Shown: piece by piece, positions 62,960 to 64,000 of the stretch
Layout of the letters: every line of letters starts with the position of its first letter
Position numbering within the stretch: the stretch's first letter is position 1
Origin: Balamuthia mandrillaris
Taxonomy: Eukaryota
Assembly (NCBI GenBank): GCA_031835245.2
Contig: JAVKOQ020000048.1
Coordinates: 186,001 to 250,000 of the forward strand
DNA: 64,000 nt
Direction: 5' to 3'
Program-made: the position numbers and the translations under genes
The notes under the pieces: generated by a model
Told to the model about the DNA's origin: nothing
Databases searched by the model: none
The model's input: only the letters and a program-made list of their open reading frames with translations

Positions 62960-63190
62960 AATGCTCCTTCTCTTAACACTATTATCAGACTTGCCAACAA
63001 GACATTGGAGGAAGAAGCAAAGAAATACCTTGATTCCTCAGATGAGGAGCTTGTCTTAGGCAGTGATGGAGTATGGAGTCAACAAAGAAATGCCAGCTTG
63101 ATTGGCTGCAAGAGATGGACTTACTCTCCTAAGTGACAATGTTTGTCTATGACCAAGACTCCTCAGTGCTAAAAATACTGCAAGGTCTAT
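62960..63190 (+). mobile_element. Degenerate Mutator-like (DDE) transposase fragment
   Basis: LVLGSDGVWSQQRNAS and, after a deletion or frame change, FVYDQDSSVLKIL resemble the first two acidic motifs of Mutator-like transposases. Confidence 0.4.
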
Positions 63191-64000
63191 TCATACATAA
63201 AAGCAAATAATAAAATGGTGTATACAGCTTTTATAAAGTCAGTGAAAGTTGAAGAAGCCAACACAGCTGCCAAAGAAGATGATAGAGGTTTGTAGGGAAA
63301 AGCTCTCATTGTTAGAAACAAAAAGTTCCATATAAGAGCTAGGAAGAGCAGAAGATTTCTTGTGAAAAGAACATAGCTTCTTGTGTCATCAACCAGAAGA
63401 ATGTTAGAAAGGGTGAATAACATAAACAGACAGGGTCAAAACGTATTATTCAAAGAGGGAACAAGGAACAAATGGTGTCAAGAGAGAAAGGTGGGATATG
63501 AATGAAACAAAACTAATTAACTAAAAGAAAGAAAAAAGGAAGCAACAGAATAAAAGAAAGAAGTCTGGCCAATACTTTTGGAACCTGTTGACTGACATAG
63601 CAAAAGTCAACTTATTTTAGCTATTCATTAAAAACATATATCCATAAATTTAAATGTCTATTTCTTAATCTTGGTCATTTATAAAGACATACTGCAAAAT
63701 TTTATGTTGGATTTTTTGTGTTGCTAAAGACATAATTCACTAATGTCTAGAAAACAAAAAAGGAGATTCTCCTTTTAGAAAGTTGAAAAGGCAAAAGATA
63801 TTTTTTTTTCTCTGAATTTTATTATTTTTATAAAAAGCAAAATCATTTAACCAAAAAGAACAAATAATTAATTATTATTATCTTTTTAACCAAAGTTAAT
63901 TTGCTCACACACTGGGCTCTCATGATTCTCCATTATGACTTCAAAGTTTTCCACTAGCCTGGAATTCACCATATCCTAAAGGACTCCCTTTCACAGTGTA

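Overview
Gene-dense, intron-rich eukaryotic DNA with short GT-AG introns packed with microsatellites. The style suggests a free-living amoebozoan such as Balamuthia or Acanthamoeba; this is an inference. About 21 spliced or intronless protein genes fill 1-58.8 kb: IMPACT with an extra MJ1316-like domain, a RhoGAP-PP2C fusion, RAB5IF, ATG12, a large J/WW-domain protein, two tandem sulfotransferases, CDC50, ALIX, XMAP215/CKAP5, POLD1, a CARMIL-like LRR protein, NUP88, a Myb-like+MMS22L protein, MPP-alpha, a ZC3H11-like CCCH protein, C1D, PARN and three unknowns. The main accessory element is a GC-rich, 5'-truncated, inactivated Fanzor2/IS607-TnpB RNA-guided nuclease relic (about 55.3-56.03 kb, minus strand). 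It sits in the divergent C1D/PARN promoter, has a structured 3' end that may be an omegaRNA scaffold, and is flanked by an 8-bp direct repeat. From about 58.3 kb the sequence becomes AT-rich and almost CpG-free. That part holds decayed Ty3/Gypsy and Mutator-like fragments whose substitutions look like CpG deamination, and the CpG loss extends into the last PARN exon. Gene models were spliced by eye, so boundaries are approximate. Family assignments come from motif recognition, not database searches.
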